Shown here one piece after another: positions 47,228 through 55,640 of a DNA stretch of 64,000 nt. Both the position numbers and the translations under genes were made by a program. The DNA is from an uncultured Acidimicrobiales bacterium (lineage in GTDB: Bacteria > Actinomycetota > Acidimicrobiia > Acidimicrobiales > CAWCAL01): positions 213,659 to 277,658 of the forward strand of contig CAVONU010000006.1 in the NCBI GenBank assembly GCA_963697385.1, given 5' to 3'. The notes under the pieces were generated by a model. That model saw nothing but the letters and a program-made list of their open reading frames with translations, was not told where the DNA came from and did not search any database. Position 1 is the first letter of the stretch. Each line of letters opens with the position of its first letter.

Positions 47228-48744
47228 CCTCGGTCTCGGCGTCGGAAGGCGTCTGGGCCCGCCGCCTCCTCGGACCGGTCGGTGCCGTTGCGCTGGCGCT
47301 GGTCGGTGGGTTCGTCATCGGGAGCGTCGTCACGGTGGGTCTCGAACAGCCCCTCGTCCTCGGCGCTCTGGCCGTGTTCGTCATCGCCGTGGCGGTTCTG
47401 CTGTCTCCGACCCTCGCCGTCGCACTCCTGGTCGGTGTCGTGTACACCCGCGCCTCCGATCTGGCCGAGACCCAGTTCGGTGTGCCGAGCTTCGTGGTCC
47501 CCGCCGCTCTGGCCACCGCCGGACTCATGTACTTCCGGCGCCTACTGGGCGGCGATCCGGACCGCCGCCTCGTCCACGACGAGACGGTTCCCGCGCTGCT
47601 GCTGGTGCTGGCCTGGCTCGGCGTGGTCGTGGTGGGGGTCGTCTATGCGGTCGAACCCGACCGGACCTGGTCCCGGGTGCTCGAGCTCGTGCGGGTGCTC
47701 GTCGTGTTCTTCGCGGTCGTGATCTCGATCCGCCGCCCCGACACGTTTCGTGCGGCCGCATGGGCCCTGATCCTCTCGGGTGGGTTCATGGCGGCGGTGA
47801 ACGTCTACCAGTTCGTCTCGGGCACGTTCGACAACGACTACCTCGGCCTGGCGCAGGCCGAGATCGCGCAGATCGTCACCGGAGAAGCCGATGCGCCCAG
47901 GATCGGCGGCCCGCTGGCGTCGCCGAACTTCTTCGCGCTGGTGTTGGTCCCGGTCGTGGCCATGGCATGGAGTCGGGTGGTCTCGGTCACCGAGTCGTCG
48001 GCCGGACGTGCCGTGGCGGCCGGGTGCGGCCTGCTCTCGCTGGTGGCGATGGTGCTGACCTTCTCCCGGGGCGCGTTGGTGGGGCTGGCGCTGATCGGCC
48101 TGATCCTGGTGTGGCGGGCCCGCCCGAGCCCCCGACAGTGGGGGGTGCTGGCCCTGATCGCGCTCCTCGCGTTTCTCGTGCTCCCGGCGAACTACAAGGA
48201 GCGTGCCGGCGCGGTACTCGAGTTCCTCCCCGGTGCGAGTCAGAGCGAGGAGTCCGACCCGTCGCTTCGGGGCCGGACCAGCGAGGTCACCGCGGCGTGG
48301 CAGATGTTCCTGGATCACCCGGTGGTGGGCGTGGGGGCAGGCAACTACGAGGGTCGCTACCAGGAGTATGCCGAGGACATCGGCCTCGAATCGCGTCGGG
48401 TCGAACGGCAGCCCCACAGCCTTCCCCTGGAGATCGCGGCGGAGCACGGTCTGATCGGCCTGATGGTCTTCGGGCTCCTGCTGTGGGTCGGCCTGAGCCG
48501 CTTGGCCGAGTCGGCGTGCCGGCTGCGCCGGTGCGGTCGGGATGACACCGCATCGATGATGGACGCCCTGTGGCTGGGCCTGGTGGGGTGGTTGGCGTCA
48601 TCGGTGTTCCTCCAGCTCGCCTACCCCCGGATCTTCTGGGTCCTGCTGGCGCTGGTGATCGCGGCGCCGGCCGTCGCCGCCGAGGCCGAGGCCGAGGCTC
48701 GGGCTCGTGCCTTGCCGCGGCGACGGGTCAGGATGGCGACGTGA
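47224..48744 (+). CDS. O-antigen ligase/polymerase family (Wzy-type) membrane protein
   Basis: 506 aa, 10 or more TM. Motif ..LTFSRGALVGLAL.. and a large loop with PHSLPLEIAAEHG. ATGA overlap with the upstream gene. Confidence 0.8.
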   Translation: MTSVSASEGVWARRLLGPVGAVALALVGGFVIGSVVTVGLEQPLVLGALAVFVIAVAVLLSPTLAVALLVGVVYTRASDLAETQFGVPSFVVPAALATAGLMYFRRLLGGDPDRRLVHDETVPALLLVLAWLGVVVVGVVYAVEPDRTWSRVLELVRVLVVFFAVVISIRRPDTFRAAAWALILSGGFMAAVNVYQFVSGTFDNDYLGLAQAEIAQIVTGEADAPRIGGPLASPNFFALVLVPVVAMAWSRVVSVTESSAGRAVAAGCGLLSLVAMVLTFSRGALVGLALIGLILVWRARPSPRQWGVLALIALLAFLVLPANYKERAGAVLEFLPGASQSEESDPSLRGRTSEVTAAWQMFLDHPVVGVGAGNYEGRYQEYAEDIGLESRRVERQPHSLPLEIAAEHGLIGLMVFGLLLWVGLSRLAESACRLRRCGRDDTASMMDALWLGLVGWLASSVFLQLAYPRIFWVLLALVIAAPAVAAEAEAEARARALPRRRVRMAT

Positions 48745-49883
48745 TGCGCACCGAGGTCGACACGGTCCGCGTGGCCCACGTCATCGACACGTTCAACGTC
48801 GGTGGGGCCGAGACGCTGTTGGTCGAGCAGGTTCGCCAGGGCGCCCTCGCCGGCATCGACTCCACGGTGATCGGCCTGCGCCCGGGTACCTCGACCCAGC
48901 TCTCCGACGACCTTCGGGCGGTGGGGGCCGATGTCCGGCTGATCGGGAGCAACCACCGTCGGCAACTCCTCGATCTGAAGCGGCTGAGCCGTCTGACCTC
49001 GGAGATCAGCACCGGCGGCTTCGACCTGGTCCACACCCATTTGCGGGTGTCGACCATCGTCGGGTCGTTGGCGGCGCGCCGCGCCGGAGTCCCCGTGGTG
49101 TCGACGTTGCACAACGTGCGGACCGATGCCGGTGCCGGCCTCGAAGATCGGGTGAAGGACCTGCTCGAGACGACGGCGCTGCGTCGTTGGGTCGACGTGG
49201 TCATCGGGTGCGGTCCGGCCGTCGCCGAGTCGAACCGGGGCCGAGTGGGCGGAAGCCCGATGGTGGTCGTACCGAACCCGGTGCGCGAGCTCCCGATGCC
49301 CACGAGCGCAGACCGCGAACGGCTGCGTCGCGAGCTTCCGGGCGACGGTGACGAGCTGCTGGTGGCGGTGGGCCGACTCACCGGACAGAAGGACTACCCC
49401 AATCTCCTGCGGGCGATGGTCGAACTCGACGCCCGTCGAGACTCGATCCGACTGGTCGTGGTGGGCGAGGGTGAGGATCGGGCCGCCCTCGACGCAGAGA
49501 TCGCACGACAAGGTCTGGCCGATCGCGTGTTCCTCGTGGGGAACCGCCCGGACGTTCCGGCGATCCTGAGCGCCGCCGACGTCTTCGTGCTGTCGTCAGC
49601 GTGGGAAGGGCTGCCGCTGGTCCTGCTCGAAGCCATGGCCGTCGGCGCTCCCATCGTGGCGACCGACGTCGGCGACGTCCGCGGTGTCGTGGGGGAGACG
49701 GCCGCGGTGGTGGCACCAGCGGATCATCGGGCGTTGGCCGGAGCGATCGCAGCGCTGCTCGACGACCGGGGGAAGGCGACCGGGTTGGGATCGGCCGCCC
49801 GCGAGCGCGTCAGGGAGCGCCACAGCAGCCGGGCGTGGGTCGATCAACTGCGGTCCGTGTACGATCGGGCGCTGCAGCGATGA
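48741..49883 (+). CDS. Glycosyltransferase family 4
   Basis: GTGATG sits at the Wzy stop. Motifs VAHVIDTFNVGGAE and EGLPLVLLEAMA. Confidence 0.85.
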   Translation: MMRTEVDTVRVAHVIDTFNVGGAETLLVEQVRQGALAGIDSTVIGLRPGTSTQLSDDLRAVGADVRLIGSNHRRQLLDLKRLSRLTSEISTGGFDLVHTHLRVSTIVGSLAARRAGVPVVSTLHNVRTDAGAGLEDRVKDLLETTALRRWVDVVIGCGPAVAESNRGRVGGSPMVVVPNPVRELPMPTSADRERLRRELPGDGDELLVAVGRLTGQKDYPNLLRAMVELDARRDSIRLVVVGEGEDRAALDAEIARQGLADRVFLVGNRPDVPAILSAADVFVLSSAWEGLPLVLLEAMAVGAPIVATDVGDVRGVVGETAAVVAPADHRALAGAIAALLDDRGKATGLGSAARERVRERHSSRAWVDQLRSVYDRALQR

Positions 49884-51040
49884 GTACCGCACTGATCGCC
49901 GGCGGACTGGCCGTGATCGGGTACGTCTACGTGGGCTACCCGGCGCTCGTCATCATGGCCGCACGCGTCGGTCGATCCCGATCCGGTCCCGTGCCGGTTC
50001 CGGTACTGCCGACCGTCACCCTGGTGATCGCCGCGCACAACGAGGAGCGGGTCCTCGAGAAGAAGCTGGCCAACTCGCTCGCGCTCGACTACCCGGCCGA
50101 TCGGCTCGAGATCCTCGTGGCGGCCGACGGTTCCGACGACGGGACCGTCGATGTCGCCCGGCGCTTCCAGGACGCCGGGGTCGCCGTGCTCCACCGGCCC
50201 GAGCGACGGGGCAAGTCGTCGGCGATCAACCGGGCGGTCGCCGCCGCTCGGAACGAGATCGTCGTGTTCTCGGACGCCAACAACCACTACGAGACCCAGA
50301 CACTGCGGCGGATCGTCGAGCCCTTCGCCGACCCGGCGGTGGGGGTCGTCACCGGAGCGAAGGAGGTCGGCGAAGGCGACAGGCATGTGTCCGGTGAGGG
50401 CGTCTACTGGCGCTACGAGGACGCCATCAAGCGAGCCGAGAGCGCTCTGGGCTGTTGTACCGCCGTCGCCGGTGAGGTCACGGCGATCCGCCGGGGTCTC
50501 ATCGAGCCGATACCGCCCGAGATCATCAACGACGACTTCTGGCTGGCCATGCGTGCGATCGTGCAGGGCGCGCGCGTCGTCTACGCGCCCGAGGCGCGCT
50601 CGATCGAGCCGCCGTCGGGGGATCTCGGCGCGGAGCGCATTCGCCGGACCCGGATGGTGGCGGGACGCTTCCAGGCGATGGCGCGATCGAAGGATCTCCT
50701 GCCGGCCGACCAGCCCCGCGTGGTGTGGCAGGTCGTGTCGCACAAGTTCCTCAGGCCGTTGGTTCCCGCCGCGATGTTGGCGGTCCTCGTCGGCACGGCG
50801 ACCGGCCTGCGCGGCCGCCGCCGGCGCGTCGCCGTCGCCGCGGCGGCGGGTCAGGCGCTCTTCTACGGCATGGCGGCGGCCGGTGGACGTTCCACGGGAC
50901 GTCGCGGTCTCGACCGGTTGCTCACCATTCCACGGTTCCTGGTCTCGTCCAACTGGGCGGCCGTGCGGGGGTTTCACGCCTACGCCACCGGTCGGGCCAC
51001 GAGCGTGTGGACGCGCGTCGATCGCGCGCCCCACGATTGA
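49880..51040 (+). CDS. Glycosyltransferase family 2 (membrane-embedded, synthase-like)
   Basis: ATGA overlap with the upstream gene. N-terminal TM, VTLVIAAHNEE, DGSDDGT, FSDAN. C-terminal TM helices. Confidence 0.85.
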   Translation: MSTALIAGGLAVIGYVYVGYPALVIMAARVGRSRSGPVPVPVLPTVTLVIAAHNEERVLEKKLANSLALDYPADRLEILVAADGSDDGTVDVARRFQDAGVAVLHRPERRGKSSAINRAVAAARNEIVVFSDANNHYETQTLRRIVEPFADPAVGVVTGAKEVGEGDRHVSGEGVYWRYEDAIKRAESALGCCTAVAGEVTAIRRGLIEPIPPEIINDDFWLAMRAIVQGARVVYAPEARSIEPPSGDLGAERIRRTRMVAGRFQAMARSKDLLPADQPRVVWQVVSHKFLRPLVPAAMLAVLVGTATGLRGRRRRVAVAAAAGQALFYGMAAAGGRSTGRRGLDRLLTIPRFLVSSNWAAVRGFHAYATGRATSVWTRVDRAPHD

Positions 51041-51047
51041 GGGGCCC

Positions 51048-52571
51048 ATGAGCGACGAGCCCTCGAGCCCCCCTGATGCCGCGGCATCGGGGCCCGGAGC
51101 CCCTGACGACGCGCTGCCGGGAGTCCGCGGCGACGCCGGCCTCGGGACCAGAGCGCTGCGCGGTTCCCTCTGGAACCTGGTGGCCTTCGGGTTGAACAAG
51201 GGTGCGGTGCTGGTCACCACCGTGGTGGTCACCCGACTGCTCACCACCGAAGAGATGGGTCTCTGGTCGCTGGCGCTCGTCGTCCTGAGTTACGTCGACC
51301 TCTTCAACGAATTCGGCCTCGGCACCGCCGTCATCCACCACCGGGACCGATCGTTCCGACCGGCCGATGTCGCCTTCGGGCTGAGCATCGTGATCGGGGC
51401 CGCGTTCAGCGTCGTCGGGTTCGTGACCGCACCGCTGGTGGCCGACCTGCTGGGCGCCCCCGAGCTGACCGGGGTGCTGCAACTGCTGAGCGTCGTGTAC
51501 GTCCTGGCCAGCCTCTACCAGGTCCAGCACGGGCTGCTCGCCCGGGAGCTCCAGTTCCAGCGCCGGGTCGGGCCCGAGTTGGCGAGGTCGATCGTCAAGG
51601 CCGTCGTCGCGATCTGGCTGGCGGCGGAGGGGTTGGGCGCCTACGCATTGGTCTGGGCGCAGATCGCCGCCACCGTCGTCGGGGTCGTCGGCTACTGGAT
51701 CGTGACGCCGTGGCGCCCCCGACGCGTGGTCGACCTCCGGATGAGTCGATCGCTCCTGGGGTACGGGGGCCAGATCGTCCTGATCGGCCTGATGGGTCAG
51801 GCGGCTCAGAACGTCGACTACATCTTCATCAGCCGCGAGATCGGTACCGCCGCGGTCGGGATCTACACGGTCGCGTTCCGGCTGCCCGAGCTCGCCGTGC
51901 TGACCGTGCCGGTCGTCGTGGGCCAAGTGTTGCTGTCCGCCTACGTCAGACTTCGCGACCAACCCCAGGCGTTGGCTGCGGCGCTGTCGCGGACGATGCG
52001 GTCGGTGGCGACGGTGACCATTCCCCTGGGGGTCGGTCTGGCGCTGGTGGCGGATCCCCTGATCGAGGTGTTGTTCGGATCCCGTTGGGCCGAGGCGGGA
52101 CCGCTGCTCGAAGTGCTCGCCCCGGCAACGGTGCTGATGGCACTCGCCTTCCCGGTCGGTGATCTTCTCAAGGCGATCGGTCGGCCGGGGACGCTCAATC
52201 TCATGGTGTTCGCGCGATTCGTCGTGGCCGTCGTTGCGCTCTGGTGGGCGGCGCGTCAGTCGCTCCAGGCCGTGGCCTGGACCCAGCTCGGCATCGCCGC
52301 CGGATGGTTCGTGCTCAACCTGGGCGTGGCGCGGTCCGCCGCCCACCTGCCGCTCGGCGGGGCCCTCCGGTCGCTCGTCCCCGCGTCGGCGGGCGCGGCG
52401 GTGATGGCCGCGGTCGTGGTGGTCGTCCGGAGCGGCGTGCATGCATCCGCCTGGGTCGAGCTGGCGGCCGCAGGCATCACGGGCATCCTCGTCTACGGTG
52501 CCGTCATCTGGGTCCTCGATCGAGCCTGGCTGGTCGAGATGAGCCGCCGGCTGGTCAACCGCTCGGGCTGA
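51048..52571 (+). CDS. Wzx-type oligosaccharide flippase (polysaccharide biosynthesis protein, MOP superfamily)
   Basis: ATG 51048 lies within over-long track ORF 50151..52571. About 12-14 TM. The N-terminal pattern ..LRGSLWNLVAFGLNKGAVLVTTVVVTRLL.. is typical of the family. Confidence 0.8.
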   Translation: MSDEPSSPPDAAASGPGAPDDALPGVRGDAGLGTRALRGSLWNLVAFGLNKGAVLVTTVVVTRLLTTEEMGLWSLALVVLSYVDLFNEFGLGTAVIHHRDRSFRPADVAFGLSIVIGAAFSVVGFVTAPLVADLLGAPELTGVLQLLSVVYVLASLYQVQHGLLARELQFQRRVGPELARSIVKAVVAIWLAAEGLGAYALVWAQIAATVVGVVGYWIVTPWRPRRVVDLRMSRSLLGYGGQIVLIGLMGQAAQNVDYIFISREIGTAAVGIYTVAFRLPELAVLTVPVVVGQVLLSAYVRLRDQPQALAAALSRTMRSVATVTIPLGVGLALVADPLIEVLFGSRWAEAGPLLEVLAPATVLMALAFPVGDLLKAIGRPGTLNLMVFARFVVAVVALWWAARQSLQAVAWTQLGIAAGWFVLNLGVARSAAHLPLGGALRSLVPASAGAAVMAAVVVVVRSGVHASAWVELAAAGITGILVYGAVIWVLDRAWLVEMSRRLVNRSG

Positions 52572-53610
52572 GCCCCCGCCACTCGCGGTACCAGGCGCAG
52601 AACCGTGCGACACCTTGGTCGAACGCCACCGACGGCCTGCTCCCGGTCATGTGATGGAGCCGTTCCACATCGGCGTGGGTTACCGGAGCCTCACCCGGTT
52701 GCAGCGTCGCGACCTCACGTACGGCCGACCGGCCCAGGTGCTGCTCGAGACGGGTGATCAGCTGATCGACGGTGACCTGCTGGCCGTGACCGATGTTGAG
52801 GACGCGCCAGGGGGCGATGGGACTCACGCTGAGATCGTCGCCGCTCCCGCCCGGATCGGTCGGCCCGACCGGCGGCCGCAGGGCGGTGGCGATCACGCCG
52901 TCGACGATGTCGTCCACATAGGTGAAATCCCGAGCGGCGCTGCCATCACCGAAGACCCGAATCGGTCTCCCCTCGGTGATCGCCTCGGCGAACAGCAGAT
53001 AGGCCATGTCGGGACGACCCCAGGGCCCGTAGACGGTGAAGAACCGCAGACCGGTGCAGGGCAGGTCGAAGAGCTGACTGTAGGCGTGGGCCATGAGCTC
53101 GTTGGAGCGCTTCGAAGCGGCGTACAGGTTGAGCGGGTGGTCGGCCGCATGGTCGACCGCGAACGGTGTGGGACTGGTCGATCCGTAGACCGAGCTTGAG
53201 CTGGCGTACACCAGGTGGTCCGGCGGGGTGATCCGGCACGCCTCGAGGACCGAGGTGAACCCGACCAGATTGCTCGCCACGTAGCTGCGGGGGTTGTCCA
53301 GTGAGTTGCGGACGCCGGCTTGGGCGGCGAGGTTCACCACGACGCCGGGCCGCTCCGCGGCGACCAGGTCGACGACGGCGTCGTGGTCGGCCAGGTCCAG
53401 GTCGTGGATGGGTACCGTCGGGGCCACCGCCGCCACCCGATCCCGCTTGTAGTCGGGGTCGTAGTAGGGATCGAAGTTGTCGAGACCGACGACCGACGCA
53501 CCACGCTCGAGCAGGGAGCGACACAGGTGCGCACCGATGAACCCGGCCGCACCGGTCACCAGCCAGTGCCGGTCGGCAACGTCGTATCGTGCTGGTTCGG
53601 TGGCGGTCAC
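52555..53610 (-). CDS. NAD-dependent epimerase/dehydratase (UDP-glucuronate 4-epimerase-like)
   Basis: GTG 53610 lies within over-long track ORF 52555..54624. Motifs VTGAAGFIG and YAASK. Convergent 17-nt overlap with the flippase gene. Confidence 0.9.
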   Translation of the reverse strand: MTATEPARYDVADRHWLVTGAAGFIGAHLCRSLLERGASVVGLDNFDPYYDPDYKRDRVAAVAPTVPIHDLDLADHDAVVDLVAAERPGVVVNLAAQAGVRNSLDNPRSYVASNLVGFTSVLEACRITPPDHLVYASSSSVYGSTSPTPFAVDHAADHPLNLYAASKRSNELMAHAYSQLFDLPCTGLRFFTVYGPWGRPDMAYLLFAEAITEGRPIRVFGDGSAARDFTYVDDIVDGVIATALRPPVGPTDPGGSGDDLSVSPIAPWRVLNIGHGQQVTVDQLITRLEQHLGRSAVREVATLQPGEAPVTHADVERLHHMTGSRPSVAFDQGVARFCAWYREWRGLSPSG

Positions 53611-53799
53611 GGGCGGGTCGATGGGTGGGCATCCACCGGACCCGAGAGTACCCGGCCGGCGAACGACCGTCACACCCCCGTGCCACGATGGGTCAATGCC
53701 CGGTTGCCAGCGCACGGCGTCTACACTCGGCGGGTCCAACATGACCCTGCCCCGACCGTCGGGGCTCCGGGCAACCGGGTCCACAGGGAGGAAGTGCTC

Positions 53800-54132
53800 G
53801 TGAAACGAGCGTATGAGTTGATGGTCATCTTCGTGACCGACCTCGATGATGCCGGTGTGACGGCCGAGCTCGACCGGGTCGGTGAGATGGTGACCTCGGG
53901 CGGTGGCACGGTGGTCTCCACCGACCTCTGGGGGAAGCGCCGCTTCGCCTACGAGATCAATCACCAGTACGAAGGCATCTACGTGGTGCTGGAGATCGTG
54001 ACCGAGCAGGCCCTCGACGACGTCGACCGGTACCTGCGCCTCGCGGATCCCACGGTCCGCCACAAGATCGTCCGCCTCCCCGACCACGAAGCGGAGCGGC
54101 GCGGCCTGCTCGGTGAGACGGCGTCGGCCTGA
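53800..54132 (+). CDS. rpsF: 30S ribosomal protein S6
   Basis: GTG 53800 with GGGAGGAA upstream. (M)KRAYELMVIF...LWGKRRFAYEI..Q.EGIYVV. Confidence 0.92.
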   Translation: MKRAYELMVIFVTDLDDAGVTAELDRVGEMVTSGGGTVVSTDLWGKRRFAYEINHQYEGIYVVLEIVTEQALDDVDRYLRLADPTVRHKIVRLPDHEAERRGLLGETASA

Positions 54133-54156
54133 GCCGACCGACCAACGGAGAACAAC

Positions 54157-54642
54157 ATGGCACAGGACAACACGGTGACCATCACCGGCAATGCGACTCG
54201 GGATCCCGAGCTGCGCTTCACCCCCAGCGGCCAGGCCGTCACCAGCTTCGGTGTCGCGGTCAATCGTCGGTGGCAGAACCGACAGACCCAGGAGTGGGAA
54301 GAGGCCACCTCGTTCATCGACGTGACCTGCTGGGCCCAGTTGGCGGAGAACGTGGCCGAATCGGTCGGCCGCGGTGCCCGGGTGACGGTGCACGGTCGCC
54401 TGGAGCAGCGGTCGTGGGAGACCCCCGACGGTGACAAGCGCAGCAAGGTCGAGATCGTGGCCGACGACGTGGCGGCCAGCCTGCGGTGGGCCACGGTGCA
54501 GATCACGAAGAACGAGCGATCCAATGCCGCTGGCGGAGGATCCGGTGGCGGTGGCGGCGGTGGTGGTGGCGCCGGCGCCGGCGGCAGCCGTCCCGTGGCC
54601 AATCAACCGCCCGACTACGACCACGACGAGGAGCCGTTCTGA
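54157..54642 (+). CDS. ssb: Single-stranded DNA-binding protein
   Basis: OB-fold [21 protein letters not shown], a Gly-rich linker, and the acidic tip DYDHDEEPF. Confidence 0.96.
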   Translation: MAQDNTVTITGNATRDPELRFTPSGQAVTSFGVAVNRRWQNRQTQEWEEATSFIDVTCWAQLAENVAESVGRGARVTVHGRLEQRSWETPDGDKRSKVEIVADDVAASLRWATVQITKNERSNAAGGGSGGGGGGGGGAGAGGSRPVANQPPDYDHDEEPF

Positions 54643-55055
54643 TGGCGAAGAACGTCAAACGCGGCAAGAACAAGGACAACGCTCGACGGAGCAAGAAGAA
54701 GATCAGCATCCTCACCCAGGAGAAGATCGAGTACGTCGACTGGAAGGACGTGAACCTGCTGCGGCGGTTCATGTCGGATCGGGCCAAGATCCGCGCTCGC
54801 CGGGTCACCGGGAACGACGCGCAGCAGCAGGCCGAGGTCGCCCGGGCCATCAAGAACGCCCGCGAGATGGCGCTGCTGCCCTACACCAACCGCGTCACCA
54901 CCCAGCGCAGCGGAGGCCGCGACCGCGGCGGCGCCCGGGCCGACGGCCCCCCGCCCAAGCCCACCGCGCCGCCCCCTTCGGCTGACGCCGAAGGAGCCGA
55001 GGACGCGCCGATGGAGGAGATCGTCGAGAGTCGTCGAAGTCGTCGAGACGGTTGA
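54642..55055 (+). CDS. rpsR: 30S ribosomal protein S18 with ~55-aa C-terminal extension
   Basis: The ATG shares one nt with the ssb stop (TGATG). S18 core [49 protein letters not shown]. Confidence 0.9.
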   Translation: MAKNVKRGKNKDNARRSKKKISILTQEKIEYVDWKDVNLLRRFMSDRAKIRARRVTGNDAQQQAEVARAIKNAREMALLPYTNRVTTQRSGGRDRGGARADGPPPKPTAPPPSADAEGAEDAPMEEIVESRRSRRDG

Positions 55056-55064
55056 GGAGCAGGC

Positions 55065-55511
55065 ATGAAGGTCCTGTTGCGCGACGACGTCAGTGGCGTG
55101 GGCCACAAAGGCGACCTCTGCGAGGTCAGCGACGGCTACGCCCGCAACTTCCTGTTGCCCCGCGGTCTGGCCATGCGGGCCACCGAGGGCGTCGACGCCC
55201 AGGCCGAGGGAATGCGCCGGGCCCGGGCCATCCGCGACGCGCAGGACCGCGAGGCGGCCGAGGAGATCGCCAAGACGCTGGTGTCCAAGGTGCTCACCAT
55301 CACCGCTCGGGCCTCTGACGAGGGTCGGCTGTTCGGTTCGATCGCGTCGGCCGACGTCGCCCAGGCCGTGGTCGACCAGACCGGGGTCGAGCTCGATCGC
55401 CGTCAGATCGTGCTCGACGAGCACCTGAAGGATGTCGGGACACACACGGTCACGGTCCGGTTGCACACCGACGTGGAGTTCCCGCTCACCGTTGAGGTCA
55501 ACGCCGAATAG
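55065..55511 (+). CDS. rplI: 50S ribosomal protein L9
   Basis: MKVLLRDDVSGVGHKGDLCEVSDGYARNFLLPRGLA... 148 aa. Confidence 0.96.
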   Translation: MKVLLRDDVSGVGHKGDLCEVSDGYARNFLLPRGLAMRATEGVDAQAEGMRRARAIRDAQDREAAEEIAKTLVSKVLTITARASDEGRLFGSIASADVAQAVVDQTGVELDRRQIVLDEHLKDVGTHTVTVRLHTDVEFPLTVEVNAE

Positions 55512-55512
55512 C

Positions 55513-55541
55513 GGATCGGGCCCCACGCCCGGTCCCGATCC
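55513..55541 (+). terminator. Hairpin just after rplI (candidate terminator or processing structure)
   Basis: GGATCGGGCC...GG(t)CCCGATCC, a ~10-bp stem with one bulge, starting 2 nt after the rplI stop. No U-tract. Confidence 0.35.
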
Positions 55542-55604
55542 TGTCCACAACCCCATCCACAGGCTTCCCCGCCTCTATCCACCAAACTTTCGTGGTTGTC
55601 CTCT
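55541..55604 (+). promoter_or_regulatory. Cluster of four co-oriented DnaA-box-like 9-mers upstream of dnaB
   Basis: CTGTCCACA (55541), CCATCCACA (55553), CTATCCACC (55575), TTGTCCTCT (55596). Each matches TT(A/G)TCCACA at 7-8 of 9 positions. The first two are 12 bp apart. Confidence 0.45.
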
Positions 55605-55640
55605 AGCGATCAACAGGGCAGACCGAGCAAGGTGGTCCCG

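Noticed and set aside
52555-54624. 689-aa minus-strand ORF suggesting a very large epimerase fusion
   Set aside because: Only the C-terminal 351 codons (from GTG 53610) look like an SDR epimerase. The upstream part is antisense to rpsF and ssb.
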